From contig CAWJGT010000001.1 in NCBI GenBank assembly GCA_963842525.1, positions 384,001 through 448,000 on the forward strand: 64,000 nucleotides of DNA. Direction: 5' to 3'. Below, one piece after another: positions 10,705 to 20,791 of the stretch. The number at the start of each line of letters is the position of its first letter. Position 1 is the stretch's first letter. Origin of the DNA: an uncultured Holophagales bacterium. Its GTDB lineage: Bacteria; Acidobacteriota; Thermoanaerobaculia; Multivoradales; UBA5704. The notes under the pieces were generated by a model that was not told the origin of the DNA, did not search any database, and saw only the letters and a program-made list of their open reading frames with translations. The translations under genes were made by a program, and so were the position numbers.

Positions 10705-11928
10705 TCAGCGGAGCCGCACGCGGGCGAAGCGGCGTTTGCCGACCTTGAGCAGGTAGGGCTCCGGCCGCACCGCGACCTCGAAGAACGGGTCGTCGACGCG
10801 TGTGCCGTCGATCGCGACCGCTCCCTGCTCGATCAGCCGGCGGGCTTCGGCGTTGCTCGCGGCGAGCTCGGCGGCGGCGAGCAGCTTGACCAGGGGCCAG
10901 GCGCCGTCGAGCTCCCGCTCGGGTACCTCGTCCGGCACGCCGCCGGCGCGGAAGACCTTCTCGAACTCTGCTTCCGCCTGCCGGGCCGCCTCTTCGCCGT
11001 GATAATCGGCGACCAGCCGCCGGGCCAGCTCCTGCTTGACCGCCTTGGGGTGGAGCTCGCCCGCCTCGACCCCGCGGCGGCGGCCGGCGATCTCCTCCTG
11101 GGGGAGATCGGTGAGCAGCAGATACCAATCCCAGAGCAGGGAGTCGGGGATCGACATGGTCTTGCCGTAGACGTCGGTGGGCGTGTCCTCGACGGCGATG
11201 GCGTTGCCCAGGCTCTTGGACATCTTGTCGGCGCCGTCGGTCCCGACGAGGAGCGGCACGGTGAGGACGACCTGCGGCTCCAGCCCCTCCTCCTTCATCA
11301 GGTCGCGCCCGACCAGGAGGTTGAAGATCTGGTCGTGCCCGCCGAGCTCCACGTCCGCCTTGAGGGCGATCGAATCGTAGGCCTGGGCCAGGGGGTAGAG
11401 CAGCTCGTGCAGGTGGATCGGCCGGTTCTCCTGGAAGCGGGTGCGGAAGTCCTCCCGCTCCATCATGCGGGCCAGCGTATAGCGCCCGGCGAGCCGGACG
11501 ATGCCGTCGGCGCCGAGCGCCAGGAGCCAGCGGTTGTTGTTGTCGATCACCGTCTCGCGCTCGTCGAGGATGCGGAAGACCTGCCGCAGGTAGGTGCGGG
11601 CGTTGGCCTCCACCTCCTCCTCGCTGAGCTGGGGCCGGGTCACCTTCTTGCCGGTGGGGTCGCCGATCCGGGCCGTGAAGCCGCCGATGAGGAAGACCAC
11701 GCGGTGGCCGAGCTGCTGGAAGTGCCGCATCTTGCGGATCAGCACGGTATGGCCGAGATGGAGGTCCGGCGACGACGGGTCGAAGCCGGTCTTGACCGTC
11801 AGCGGCTCGCCGGTGCGGCGCGACCGCTCGAGCTTGGCGCGGAGCTGCCCGCGGTCGACGAGGTCGACGGCGCCGCGCTGGAGCAGCTCCATCTGCTCGT
11901 CGGCGGGGGGGAAATCCTGGCGGGGCAT
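10705..11928 (-). CDS. tyrS: Tyrosine--tRNA ligase
   Basis: GFDPSSPDLHLGH (HIGH), KMSKSLGN, C-terminal S4 domain. Confidence 0.97.
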   Translation of the reverse strand: MPRQDFPPADEQMELLQRGAVDLVDRGQLRAKLERSRRTGEPLTVKTGFDPSSPDLHLGHTVLIRKMRHFQQLGHRVVFLIGGFTARIGDPTGKKVTRPQLSEEEVEANARTYLRQVFRILDERETVIDNNNRWLLALGADGIVRLAGRYTLARMMEREDFRTRFQENRPIHLHELLYPLAQAYDSIALKADVELGGHDQIFNLLVGRDLMKEEGLEPQVVLTVPLLVGTDGADKMSKSLGNAIAVEDTPTDVYGKTMSIPDSLLWDWYLLLTDLPQEEIAGRRRGVEAGELHPKAVKQELARRLVADYHGEEAARQAEAEFEKVFRAGGVPDEVPERELDGAWPLVKLLAAAELAASNAEARRLIEQGAVAIDGTRVDDPFFEVAVRPEPYLLKVGKRRFARVRLR

Positions 11929-11938
11929 TCGGAGATGA

Positions 11939-12670
11939 TCAGAAGTTGATGTATTCGAGCTCGGGCTTGAGCACCGGAACGTCGGCGGGAGGCCGGCTGC
12001 GCAGCTCGGGCCGCTTGAAGTGGAGGGCCAGCCAGGCGCCGAACACCGCGCCGAACATCCGGAAGCGGGCCTCGACGCCGGGCAGGAAGCCGCGCTTCTT
12101 CTCTTTGACCACGTGCTTCAGGTTGTACAGCACGAACGTGGTGATGCGGCAGCCGAGCCGGCGGCACGACCAGTTGAGGCCGGTCTCGATGGCGAACCCT
12201 TCGAGGTGGCTCTCCGGGACCGCCTCGAAGACCTCGCGCCGCAGGCAGCGGATGCCCGACAGCAGCGGCCCCGTGCGGCGGTGGAGCGCATCGACCACAC
12301 TGCCACGGTGGCGGATGCCGATGTTCATGTCCGACCGGCCGGAGAGGACCGGCTCGATGAGCTGGGTCAGCACCGACTCGGTCAGATTGAGGATGTCGCC
12401 GTCGACGAACAGCAGGATCGGAGCGTTCGTGTGCTCGACCCCGACGGCCATGGCCATCCCCTTGCCGTGGTTCTCCCGCAGATGGATGGTGCGCACGCCG
12501 AGGTCGCGCGCGACGCCGACGGTGCCGTCGGTGGAGCCGTCGGAGATCACCAGGATCTCCTGGATGACGGGCGTGGTCTTGAGGACCTTGACGACCTCGG
12601 CCAGGGTCACCTGCTCGTTGTACGCCGGTACGATGGCCGCGATGCGCCGGTGGCTCGGGACGGTGCTCAT
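11939..12670 (-). CDS. Glycosyltransferase family 2
   Basis: ATG at 12670; IVPAYNE, VISDGSTD, NHGKG, LFVDGD. Confidence 0.88.
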   Translation of the reverse strand: MSTVPSHRRIAAIVPAYNEQVTLAEVVKVLKTTPVIQEILVISDGSTDGTVGVARDLGVRTIHLRENHGKGMAMAVGVEHTNAPILLFVDGDILNLTESVLTQLIEPVLSGRSDMNIGIRHRGSVVDALHRRTGPLLSGIRCLRREVFEAVPESHLEGFAIETGLNWSCRRLGCRITTFVLYNLKHVVKEKKRGFLPGVEARFRMFGAVFGAWLALHFKRPELRSRPPADVPVLKPELEYINF

Positions 12671-12711
12671 TCGTCGACCTCTCGATCCGGCACCATATAA
12701 TGAAATCGTCC

Positions 12712-13578
12712 TCAGGCAGTGTTTCGAGCATCCTGCGCCGGCTCCCAGGACGGCGGAGCGGGCTCGACCTCGGCCGCCGGGAGCAGCTCTCCCCGGGCGA
12801 CGATGCGGGCGTCGCCGGCGAGGAGCCAGCGGCCGGTCTGCCGGTCCGCATCCACCTCCAGCTCGAACCCCCCCTGGGTCGCCGCCCGCAGCGGCAGCGC
12901 CACGCTCCCGAGCGCGAGGCCCACGGCCGACCCGGCCAGCACACCGGACCCGCAGGAGAGCGTCTCGTCCTCCACGCCGCGCTCGAAGGTCCGGATCTCC
13001 ATTCGATCCCTGCCGGGAAAGCGGACGAAATTCACGTTGGTCCCCTCCTCGCCGAAGGCCGCATGCGACCGGAGCGCCGGTCCCAGGGTGCGGACCGGGG
13101 CGCGGTCGAGACCCTCCGGCCAGACCAGCACGAAGTGGGGAACCCCGACCCGCAGCGCGTATCCTGCATGAGCGATGCCGTCCACCTCGACCGTGAGCTC
13201 CCGCGGCGTCTCCACGGCCTCCACCTCCAAGGCGACCCGGGTCGCATCGAGGCGGCGCGCCGCCACGGCGCCGGCCCCGGTCTCGATCCGCACGGCGCCG
13301 TCGGCCCATCCCAGATGAAAGGCGAGCTGGGCGGCGCACCGGGTGCCGTTCAGGCAGAGGTCGGCGGGCAGGCCGTCGGCGTTGAAGTAGTCCATGGCCA
13401 CGCCGTCACGGGTCCGGTGGAGGAGGAAGAGGCCGTCGGCGCCGAGGGAGAGGCCACGGCGGCACCAGGCGCGGATGCGCTCCGGCGGTGGTGTCGCGGC
13501 CGGCTCGGCCGCTTCGGCCGTTTCAGCAAGGGCCAGGAAGTCGTTGCCGCTGCCGGAGAGCTTGAAGAAGCCGGTCAT
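12712..13578 (-). CDS. dapF: Diaminopimelate epimerase
   Basis: FFKLSGSGNDF, GADG, LCLNGTRC, GVPH, NVNF, ERGVEDETLSCGSG. Confidence 0.95.
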   Translation of the reverse strand: MTGFFKLSGSGNDFLALAETAEAAEPAATPPPERIRAWCRRGLSLGADGLFLLHRTRDGVAMDYFNADGLPADLCLNGTRCAAQLAFHLGWADGAVRIETGAGAVAARRLDATRVALEVEAVETPRELTVEVDGIAHAGYALRVGVPHFVLVWPEGLDRAPVRTLGPALRSHAAFGEEGTNVNFVRFPGRDRMEIRTFERGVEDETLSCGSGVLAGSAVGLALGSVALPLRAATQGGFELEVDADRQTGRWLLAGDARIVARGELLPAAEVEPAPPSWEPAQDARNTA

Positions 13579-13584
13579 GGCAAT

Positions 13585-14832
13585 TTATGGAACGACCGCC
13601 CGGACCTCCCCTCCGGGCGCGCTCTCGTTGCCTGCCTGGTCCACCGCCGTGACGCGGTAGGCGTAGGTGGCGCCGGAGGCGACGCCGGTGTCGACTCCGG
13701 TGTCGACGCCGGTGTCGATATACTCGGTCGTCTGGACCGGCTGCTCGGTGATCCGGCGGAATGTGCCGCTGTCCCCGTCCCGGCGGTAGACGACATAGCC
13801 GGCCAGGTCCTCGGCTTCGCTCGAGCGCCAGACCAGGCGGACCCGTGCGGCTTCGGCGAGGGCGACCAGGTCGGTTGGCACCGGCGGCGGGAAGCGGTCC
13901 GTGTACACCACCTCGTCCACGGCGCCGATGGCGCTCTCCACCAGCGGCTCGCTCTGACCCACCGCGGTCACGGTATAGATGTAGTTGCCGAAGGGGACGC
14001 CGGGGTCCAGGTAGCTCGTCTCCCCGGACGCCGCGGTATGGACCGGCGAGCGCCATGCCTGTTCCTGCGCATCCCGCCGGTAGATGTTGTAGCCCACCGC
14101 TCCGGCCACCGGCGTCCACTGCACGGACACGCCCTCGGGCCGCCCCGTGGCAGTGACCTGTTGCGGAGAAGCCGGCGGGGCCTTGGTCACCAGGACCGCC
14201 AGGTTGGACAGCTCGGAGCGGTCGCCGGACTTGCCCACGGTCCGTACGCCGTAGTAGCGCGTTTTTCCCGGCGTGGCGGCGGCGCTGTCCGCCTCCGGCA
14301 GCGGCAGGGCGAGGAGGATGCGGTCGCCGTAGGTGGCGGCGCCGACGTCCGCGTCCTCCAGCGTCTGCTTCAGCGTCGCGGTCGCGCCGAAGGCGCGCGG
14401 GTCGAGGGCCGGCGGCGCCATGCCCTCCCGCGGCGCGGGCTGCTCCGCCTCGTAGACCTCGACCTTGGAGATCCCGTCGAGAGCCATGCCGGCCGGCGTG
14501 GTCTTGGGATAGGTGAAGTCGAGGAGGATCCGCGTCCCCTGCTGGCGCGCCTTCAAGTCCTGGGTCTTCGCCGGGACGTTGCGCAGGGGAGGCAGGGGAT
14601 CGCCCTGCTTGCCGCAGGCGGTCAGAGCGCCCAGCAGCAGGAGCACGAGGACGGCGGCGTACCGAGCCCTCTCCCCCGACCCCTCTCCCGCGCGGCCACC
14701 ACCCCGCCCCCCGAGCGGGAGAGGGGCGCCGCCACCCAGCCCTCTCCTTTTCCCCCTCTCCCGTTCGGCGTGGGGGGACGGGGGACGCACGGGAGAGGGG
14801 GCCAGGGGGAGAGGGCTCTGGTCAGAGCACAT
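13585..14832 (-). CDS. Lipoprotein with fibronectin type III repeats; N-terminus carries an in-frame palindromic repeat
   Basis: Lipobox [13 protein letters not shown]; FN3 motifs W...GYNIYRR and [13 protein letters not shown]; start overlaps the hslU stop. Confidence 0.8.
   Translation of the reverse strand: MCSDQSPLPLAPSPVRPPSPHAERERGKRRGLGGGAPLPLGGRGGGRAGEGSGERARYAAVLVLLLLGALTACGKQGDPLPPLRNVPAKTQDLKARQQGTRILLDFTYPKTTPAGMALDGISKVEVYEAEQPAPREGMAPPALDPRAFGATATLKQTLEDADVGAATYGDRILLALPLPEADSAAATPGKTRYYGVRTVGKSGDRSELSNLAVLVTKAPPASPQQVTATGRPEGVSVQWTPVAGAVGYNIYRRDAQEQAWRSPVHTAASGETSYLDPGVPFGNYIYTVTAVGQSEPLVESAIGAVDEVVYTDRFPPPVPTDLVALAEAARVRLVWRSSEAEDLAGYVVYRRDGDSGTFRRITEQPVQTTEYIDTGVDTGVDTGVASGATYAYRVTAVDQAGNESAPGGEVRAVVP
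13681..13716. repeat. 12-bp tandem repeat x3 (encodes DTGV x3)
   Basis: GACGCCGGTGTC GACTCCGGTGTC GACGCCGGTGTC. Confidence 0.85.
14664..14818. repeat. GC-rich palindromic REP/MITE-like element, copy 1
   Basis: Terminal inverted arms GAGCCCTCTCCCCC...GGGGGAGAGGGCTC with two internal CCCTCTCCC/GGGAGAGGG hairpins. Confidence 0.85.
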
Positions 14833-16231
14833 AGCGTGAGAGGTCCTGGTCCTTGACGATGTCGGAAAGAACCCGGCGGACGTACTCGCCGTCCACCTTG
14901 ACGTGCACCCCGGCCATGTCGGGCGCCTCGAAGGAGACCTCGTCGAGCAGGCGCTCCATCAGGGTGGAGAGCCGGCGCGCGCCGATGTTCTCGGTCGTGG
15001 CGTTGACCTCGACGGCGAGGCGGGCGATCTCGGCCACGGAGTCGGACGTGAACTCGACGCCGACCCCCTCGGTCGAGAGGAGCGCCGAGTACTGCTTGGT
15101 GAGAGCGGTCTCGGGCTCGGTCAGGATGCGCACGAAGTCCTGCTCGGTCAGCGCGTCGAGCTCGACCCGGATCGGGAAACGGCCCTGCAGCTCCGGGATC
15201 AGGTCGGACGGCTTGCTGACGTGGAACGCCCCGGCGGCGATGAACAGGACGTGATCGGTCTTGACCATGCCGTACTTGGTCGAGACGTTCGTCCCCTCGA
15301 CGATGGGCAGCAGGTCGCGCTGCACGCCTTCGCGCGAGACGTCGGGGCCGCGGCTCCCTTCGCGGCCGGCGATCTTGTCGATCTCGTCGAGAAAGATCAT
15401 GCCCCCCTGCTCGACCCGCTCGCGCGCCTCGCGGGCGACCTGCGTGCGGTCGATCAGCTTCTCGGCCTCCTGCTGTTGCAGGATCTCGCGCGCCTCGGCC
15501 ACCGTGACCTGCTGCTTCTTCTTGCGGCCGAAGAGGCCCGGCAGCATGTCCTTGATGTTGAGACCGACCTCCTCGACCCCTTGCGGCGTGAACATCTCGA
15601 GGCTCGGGTAGGACGACTCGTCCACCTCGACCTCCACCCGCCGGCCGTCGAGGCTGCCGGCCTTGAGCTTGCTGCGGAACTTCTCGCGGGTGGCGGCGAG
15701 GTCGTCCTCCTCGTCCTCCTCCTCCTTGCGCAGGTAGCTGCTGATCGGCCGCGGCGGCACGAGGAGCTGGAGCAGGCGGTCCTCGGCACGGATCGCGGCG
15801 GCCTCGCGCACCGATTCGCGCTTCTCCTCCTTGACCATGGTGACCGCGATTTCGACGAGATCGCGCACCATGGACTCGACGTCGCGCCCGACGTAGCCCA
15901 CCTCGGTGAACTTGCTCGCCTCGACCTTGAGGAACGGCGCCTTGGCGAGGCGCGCCAGGCGGCGGGCGATCTCGGTCTTGCCGACGCCCGTCGAGCCGAT
16001 CATCAGGATGTTCTTGGGCGCGATCTCTTCGGCGATGTCGGCCGGGAGCTGCTGGCGCCGCCAGCGGTTGCGCAGGGCGATCGCCACGGCGCGCTTGGCC
16101 AGGTTCTGGCCGACGACGTATTTGTCGAGCTCCGTGACGATCTGCCGCGGAGTCATGTTGTCGATGACGACACCGGCGGGGGTGGGGACAGGGGCGGCAA
16201 CCTCGCCGGCTATGGATTTGGCCTTGGCCAT
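14822..16231 (-). CDS. hslU: ATP-dependent protease ATPase subunit HslU
   Basis: [49 protein letters not shown]. Confidence 0.97.
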   Translation of the reverse strand: MAKAKSIAGEVAAPVPTPAGVVIDNMTPRQIVTELDKYVVGQNLAKRAVAIALRNRWRRQQLPADIAEEIAPKNILMIGSTGVGKTEIARRLARLAKAPFLKVEASKFTEVGYVGRDVESMVRDLVEIAVTMVKEEKRESVREAAAIRAEDRLLQLLVPPRPISSYLRKEEEDEEDDLAATREKFRSKLKAGSLDGRRVEVEVDESSYPSLEMFTPQGVEEVGLNIKDMLPGLFGRKKKQQVTVAEAREILQQQEAEKLIDRTQVAREARERVEQGGMIFLDEIDKIAGREGSRGPDVSREGVQRDLLPIVEGTNVSTKYGMVKTDHVLFIAAGAFHVSKPSDLIPELQGRFPIRVELDALTEQDFVRILTEPETALTKQYSALLSTEGVGVEFTSDSVAEIARLAVEVNATTENIGARRLSTLMERLLDEVSFEAPDMAGVHVKVDGEYVRRVLSDIVKDQDLSRYVL

Positions 16232-16237
16232 TTCTGC

Positions 16238-16781
16238 TCAGAGCTCCTCAAGGGTCAAGCGGTCGTTGGTGAAGATGCAGATCTCGCAAGCGATCTTCAT
16301 CGACTCCCGCACGATCTCGGCGGCGGACATGTCGGTATTGCGCAGCAACGCGCGGGCGGCGGCCAGAGCGTAGTTCGAACCCGGAGCCGATCGCAAGGAC
16401 GCCGTCCTCGTCGTCCGGCTGCAGCAGCTCGCCGGCGCCGGAGACGAAGAAGCTCTTCTCGATGTCGGTGACGACGATCACCGCCTGGAGCTGCCGCAGC
16501 GCCCGGTCCAGCCGCCACTCCTTGGCGAGCTCGACGACCGACCGCTCCAGGTTGTTGTTGAACTCCTCCAGCTTGGCTTCGAGCCGCGTGAGGAGAGCCA
16601 GGCCGTCGGCGCCGCCGCCGGCGAAGCCGACGAGCACCTTGCCCTTGCCGATCCGCCGGACCTTCTTGGCACCGCTCTTGACGATGGTGCTCTGATTCAT
16701 CGTGACCTGGCCGTCGCTCGCCATGCAGACCTTGCCATGCCGGCGGACGAGCAGGACCGTCGTCGAGGAAAATGCGTCCAT
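16238..16781 (-). CDS. hslV: ATP-dependent protease subunit HslV (one frameshift near 16380)
   Basis: [27 protein letters not shown], then [10 protein letters not shown]...ICIFTN in another frame. Confidence 0.92.
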
Positions 16782-16803
16782 GGGGACGGGATTGTATATC
16801 AGC

Positions 16804-16944
16804 GGACCCTCACCCCCGTCCCCTCTCCCATCCGGACTCACACCCTCCCGGGAGAGGGGCGCCACCAACCCACCCTCTTGATTCCCCCCTCTCCCGGGGG
16901 AAGGGAGTGCGGGTGGGAGAGGGGGGCCAGGGGGGTGAGGGTCC
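16804..16944. repeat. Palindromic REP/MITE-like element, copy 2
   Basis: GGACCCTCACCCCC...GGGGGTGAGGGTCC arms, double hairpin. Confidence 0.85.
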
Positions 16945-17448
16945 TCAGAGCGCCGCCAGGAACCCCTCCGGATCGTCCGGCGTGACCACCAGCCGGCTCT
17001 CGCCGAGGTCGACCAGGACTGCATGGCCGAGGTCGCTCGCATAGAGGTCGATCTCGCCCAGGCGGTGCGACTCGAAGCCGCCGCTCCCGGCCGTCACGCC
17101 GCCGGTCGTCGCCAGCCGTTCGAGGTACTCGGTCTCCTCCGGGTCGAGCCGCCGGGCCGCGGCGCCCGAGACGGGGAAGCGCTCGCGGCGCCGGCGCATC
17201 TGGACCGTGAGCCAGCCGCCGTCGAGGTCCAGCCAGAACGGGTCGAGGTCGCCGCTCATCCGCCAGGCCGTCCAGGGGATCGACGCCACCAGCAGGGCGA
17301 GGAGGCCCGGCCAGAACCGGCCCGCGATCCAGGTGGCCACGGCAACCCCCACCATTAATAAGGTCAAGCCGACGAGCAGCGCCCGCAGCTTGCGCCGGCC
17401 CCGGAGGATGGCCCCTCCGGGCGTACAGGGGAAACGGACCACGCTCAA
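16945..17448 (-). CDS. Two-TM membrane protein, possible bacterial PH-like domain
   Basis: TTG start overlapping the xerC stop; two TM helices; C-terminal LVVTPDDPEGFLAAL. Confidence 0.6.
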   Translation of the reverse strand: MSVVRFPCTPGGAILRGRRKLRALLVGLTLLMVGVAVATWIAGRFWPGLLALLVASIPWTAWRMSGDLDPFWLDLDGGWLTVQMRRRRERFPVSGAAARRLDPEETEYLERLATTGGVTAGSGGFESHRLGEIDLYASDLGHAVLVDLGESRLVVTPDDPEGFLAAL

Positions 17449-18383
17449 TCCGTGCCTCGCCGCGCGCGCGGATGGGCATCGCGATAGACCGCGAGCAGCC
17501 GCTCCACCTCCAGGTGGGTGTACTTCTGGGTGGTCGACAAAGAGCTGTGGCCGAGCAGCTCCTGGATCGTCCGCAGGTCGGCCCCGTTCTCCAGGAGATG
17601 GGTGGCGAACGTATGCCGCAGCGTGTGCGGGTGGACCCCGCGGGCCACCGCCGCCGCGTCGACCCACCGGTCGAGAATCCGCCGCACCGTGCGGTCCGTG
17701 AGCCGGCCGCCCGAGCGATTGAGGAAGATCGGCTCGCCGTCGCCGTCCAGGGAGCTTGGAGCACGGATCGCCTCCCACACCTCGAACCACTGCCGCAGAG
17801 CCTCGGCGGCCGGCTTTCCGAACGGCACCATCCGCTCCTTGCTCCCCTTGCCCACCACCCGCAAAACCCGGCCGGAGAGGTCGACCGCCCGCCAGTCGAG
17901 GCTGACCAGCTCGCCGACGCGCAGGCCGGTGGCATAGAGGAGCTCCAGGATGGCCCGGTCCCGCCGTGCCCAGGGATCGTCCGCGTCCGCCGCGGCCGGC
18001 GCCTCGATGAGGTTTTCGACCTCCCCCGGCCGCAGGTGGCGGGGGAGGGTCTTGGGGAACTTGGGAGTCCGCACCGCCTGCGCCGGGTTGGCCGCCAGGA
18101 TCCCCTCGCGGCACGCGTAGCGGAACAGGCTGCGCACGGCCGAGAGGGACCGTCCCTGGCTGCGCTTGCCGAGCCCCTGCCGGGTGAGCGCCGCAAGGAA
18201 CGACCGCACCGCCAGGGCGTCGACCTCCTCGGGTCCGACCTTCTCCGGCTCCTTGCCCAGGAAATCCCGCGAGAGAAACTGGAGGAAGCGGAGCAGGTCC
18301 CCTTCGTAGGCCGAAATCGTATGCGGAGACAGGTTCCGCTCGCCCTGCAGGTGCTCCAGGAAGCGGTGGATTAACCGGCGCAT
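17445..18383 (-). CDS. xerC: Tyrosine recombinase XerC
   Basis: RDRAILELLYATGLRVGEL, GKGSKER, HPHTLRHTFATHLL, LLGHSSLSTTQKYTH; trmFO-xerC-hslVU context. Confidence 0.93.
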   Translation of the reverse strand: MRRLIHRFLEHLQGERNLSPHTISAYEGDLLRFLQFLSRDFLGKEPEKVGPEEVDALAVRSFLAALTRQGLGKRSQGRSLSAVRSLFRYACREGILAANPAQAVRTPKFPKTLPRHLRPGEVENLIEAPAAADADDPWARRDRAILELLYATGLRVGELVSLDWRAVDLSGRVLRVVGKGSKERMVPFGKPAAEALRQWFEVWEAIRAPSSLDGDGEPIFLNRSGGRLTDRTVRRILDRWVDAAAVARGVHPHTLRHTFATHLLENGADLRTIQELLGHSSLSTTQKYTHLEVERLLAVYRDAHPRARRGTD

Positions 18384-18386
18384 GGA

Positions 18387-18535
18387 CCCCTCACCCCCGG
18401 CCCCTCTCCCATCCGCCCTCCCGAACCACCGGGAGAGGGGAGCGAAGAGCTTTGTTCCGGACGAGTCTTCTTTTCCTCTCCCCCTCTCCCGGGGGATGGG
18501 GGGGCGATTGGGAGAGGGGGTCGGGGGGTGAGGGG
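18387..18535. repeat. Palindromic REP/MITE-like element, copy 3
   Basis: CCCCTCACCCCCGGCCCCTCTCCC...GGGAGAGGGGGTCGGGGGGTGAGGGG filling the trmFO-xerC gap. Confidence 0.88.
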
Positions 18536-18536
18536 C

Positions 18537-19882
18537 TCACGGCGCCGCCACCTCGGCCTCGATCTGCGCTGGCACTCCATTCCGCTCCGCCCAGGCCACG
18601 AGCGCCGCCCGGGCCCGCTCGGCATAGGCCGCCCGCCGGTCGCCCCGGCGCACCCTCTCCGGCAGCTCTTCGAACAGACCATAGTTGATGTTGGCCGGCT
18701 GGAAGTGCTTCGGATCGGACTCGGTCAGATGCCGGGCGAGAGCCCCGAGCGCCGTGGTGGCCGGGAACGGCTCCGGCTCCCGCCCCTGCCGTCTCCAGGG
18801 ACAGATAGAGGCCGATCGCCGAGCCCCGTCGCCGCCGATTCGAGATAACCCTCGACCCCGGTGATCTGCCCGGCGAGCCGCACCCGCGGCGTCGGCCTTC
18901 ACCCGGTAGAGCTTGTCCAGGTGAGTCGGCGCGTTGATGAAGGTGTTGCGGTGGATCTGCCCGAAGCGGACGAAGCGGGCGTTCTCCAGGCCGGGGATGA
19001 GCCGCAGCACCCGCTCCTGCTCGCCCCACTTCATGCGCGACTGGAAGCCGACCAGGTTGAAATGGCTCTTCGCCAGGTTCTCCTGCCGGAGCTGAACGAC
19101 CGCCCAGGGCCGGCGGCCGTCCGGGGCTGTGAGCCCCACCGGCTTCATCGGACCGTAGCGCATGGTGTCCTCGCCGCGCCGGGCCAGCTCCTCGATCGGC
19201 AGACACCCCTCGAAGAAGACCGCCTTCTCGAACTCGTGAGGCGCCACCACCTCGGCCTCCAGCGACCGCCTGCCGGAAGGCCGCGGTACTCATCCTTATT
19301 CATAGGGGCGTTCAGGTAGTCGTCCCCTTCGCCCTTGCCCCACCGCGACTGCCAGAAGAGCTTCGACAGATCGAGGCTCTCCGCCTCCACGATGGGGGCG
19401 ATGGCGTCGTAGAAATAGAGGTACTCGCTCCCCAGGAGCTCCTGGAGCTGCCGCGACATGGCCTCGGATGTGAGAGGCCCCGTTCCGAGCACTACCTCTC
19501 CGTCAGGGATCGACGTGACCTCCTCCCGCCGCAGCTCGATCCGCGGATGGGAGCCGATCGCCGCCGTCACCCGTTCGGCGAACCGGTCGCGGTCCACCGC
19601 CAAAGCGGCCCCCGCCGGCACCGCCGCCGCCCGGGCCGAGCCGATGATCAGCGACCCGAAAGCCTCCATCTCCCGCTTGAGCAGCCCGGCAGCATGGAAA
19701 GGATCGTCGCTGCGCAGCGAGTTGCTGCACACCAGCTCCGCGAGGTCCCCCGTCTTGTGAGCCGGCGTCGACCGCACCGGCCGCATCTCGTGGAGTACCA
19801 CGTCCATCCCGCGCTCCGCGAGCTGCCAGGCGCACTCCGTCCCCGAAAGTCCGCCGCCGACGATATGGACCGGTCCTGCCAT
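18537..19882 (-). CDS. trmFO: Folate-dependent tRNA U54 methyltransferase TrmFO (frameshifted)
   Basis: IVGGGLSGTECAWQ, AELVCSNSL, YFYDAIAPIV, FFEGCLPIE, GPMKPVGL, QIHRNTFIN, FQPANINYGL across split ORFs. Confidence 0.93.
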
Positions 19883-19983
19883 GCGGGGGATTATAGGGGA
19901 GGGAGCCTTGGGCCTTTCCTGGGACCGCGGGCGTCTCGCCCGCTTCCGGGATCGATCCAGCATGACTCGGGATCGATTTCGTG

Positions 19984-20310
19984 TCAGGCGGCTTCAGAGA
20001 GGCGACGGTTCATCACCCGCCAGAAAGTCGCCACTGCCGCGGACTCGCCGTTGAAGTAATCCTCGAAAAACCCGCAGCCGTTGAGGAGGGGTGGATAGGC
20101 GTAGCGTTCGTTGTCTTCGCCAAGCTCGCTCACCCAGTCTTCCGGCTCGCGAGCATCGATGACCGTGAAGAGCTCGTGAGGGTAGAGATAAGGCCGTCCC
20201 TGGTCGTTCAGGATCCGGAAATCATCGGCCTCGATTCCGAGGACCACATACGGCTGGCCCGGCGTCAGGTCCGGATAGCGTGAGTCCCGTTCGTGCAGCT
20301 CGACGATCAT
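19984..20310 (-). CDS. Hypothetical protein
   Basis: 108-aa ORF with natural composition (LTPGQPYVVLGIE...RILNDQGRPYLY). Confidence 0.65.
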   Translation of the reverse strand: MIVELHERDSRYPDLTPGQPYVVLGIEADDFRILNDQGRPYLYPHELFTVIDAREPEDWVSELGEDNERYAYPPLLNGCGFFEDYFNGESAAVATFWRVMNRRLSEAA

Positions 20311-20675
20311 CGTTCGGTGACCTGTTTCCGCTTCAGCTCCACCCCGGCCGATCCCAGGATGTTCGTTCCAGTGAATCTCATATGCGCCATCGTCATCCTC
20401 CTGCCCGTGGGCTGCTCTTCTTCACCCATCGGGAGGCACGGCCGCTATATTCTGCCACCAGCCGCTCGACATCTCGAATGAGCCGCCCTTTCGCGATGAC
20501 TCGCGACTGGGAGATCATCGCTGGGGCTTAAGGTCGGAATGGTGAGCGGCGCCTCCGCCGGCTCGCGACCGGGCAGACAACCTTTCCCCAGCCCCTGGTG
20601 TCTAACTGAATGGCTCTTCCGGAGCGTCGTCCGCAGCCCTTCGGGTGATCGTTGCGGCAGAGCGCATATGCCAAT

Positions 20676-20705
20676 TTGACCATGATGGGCGGTCTGCCTC
20701 AGAAT
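20676..20705 (+). promoter_or_regulatory. Putative sigma70 promoter of the island signalling operon
   Basis: TTGACC-N18-CAGAAT, same architecture as the fur promoter. Confidence 0.4.
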
Positions 20706-20791
20706 CTGTACCTCATCCCGGAATCTGTGGGACGCCTGAACCAACAGAGGAAGTGCGCAGGACCGTCGTAGTCCCAAGGGCAGGGGGAGCC

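Noticed and set aside
17445-18383. Tyrosine recombinase as the integrase of the neighbouring island
   Set aside because: It sits in the conserved trmFO-xerC-hslVU arrangement and looks like chromosomal XerC
14664-18535. Palindromic repeats as a CRISPR array or simple terminators
   Set aside because: Dispersed, no repeat-spacer periodicity, no cas genes, no U-tracts
16238-19882. Frameshifts in hslV and trmFO (and many island genes) as pseudogenes or programmed frameshifting
   Set aside because: Single-base indels are scattered through conserved housekeeping genes with otherwise intact motifs, which fits long-read error better; island decay cannot be fully excluded without reads
20311-20640. 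Possible att site, tRNA or ncRNA at the left island border
   Set aside because: No tRNA fold or repeat matching the right border could be identified by eye
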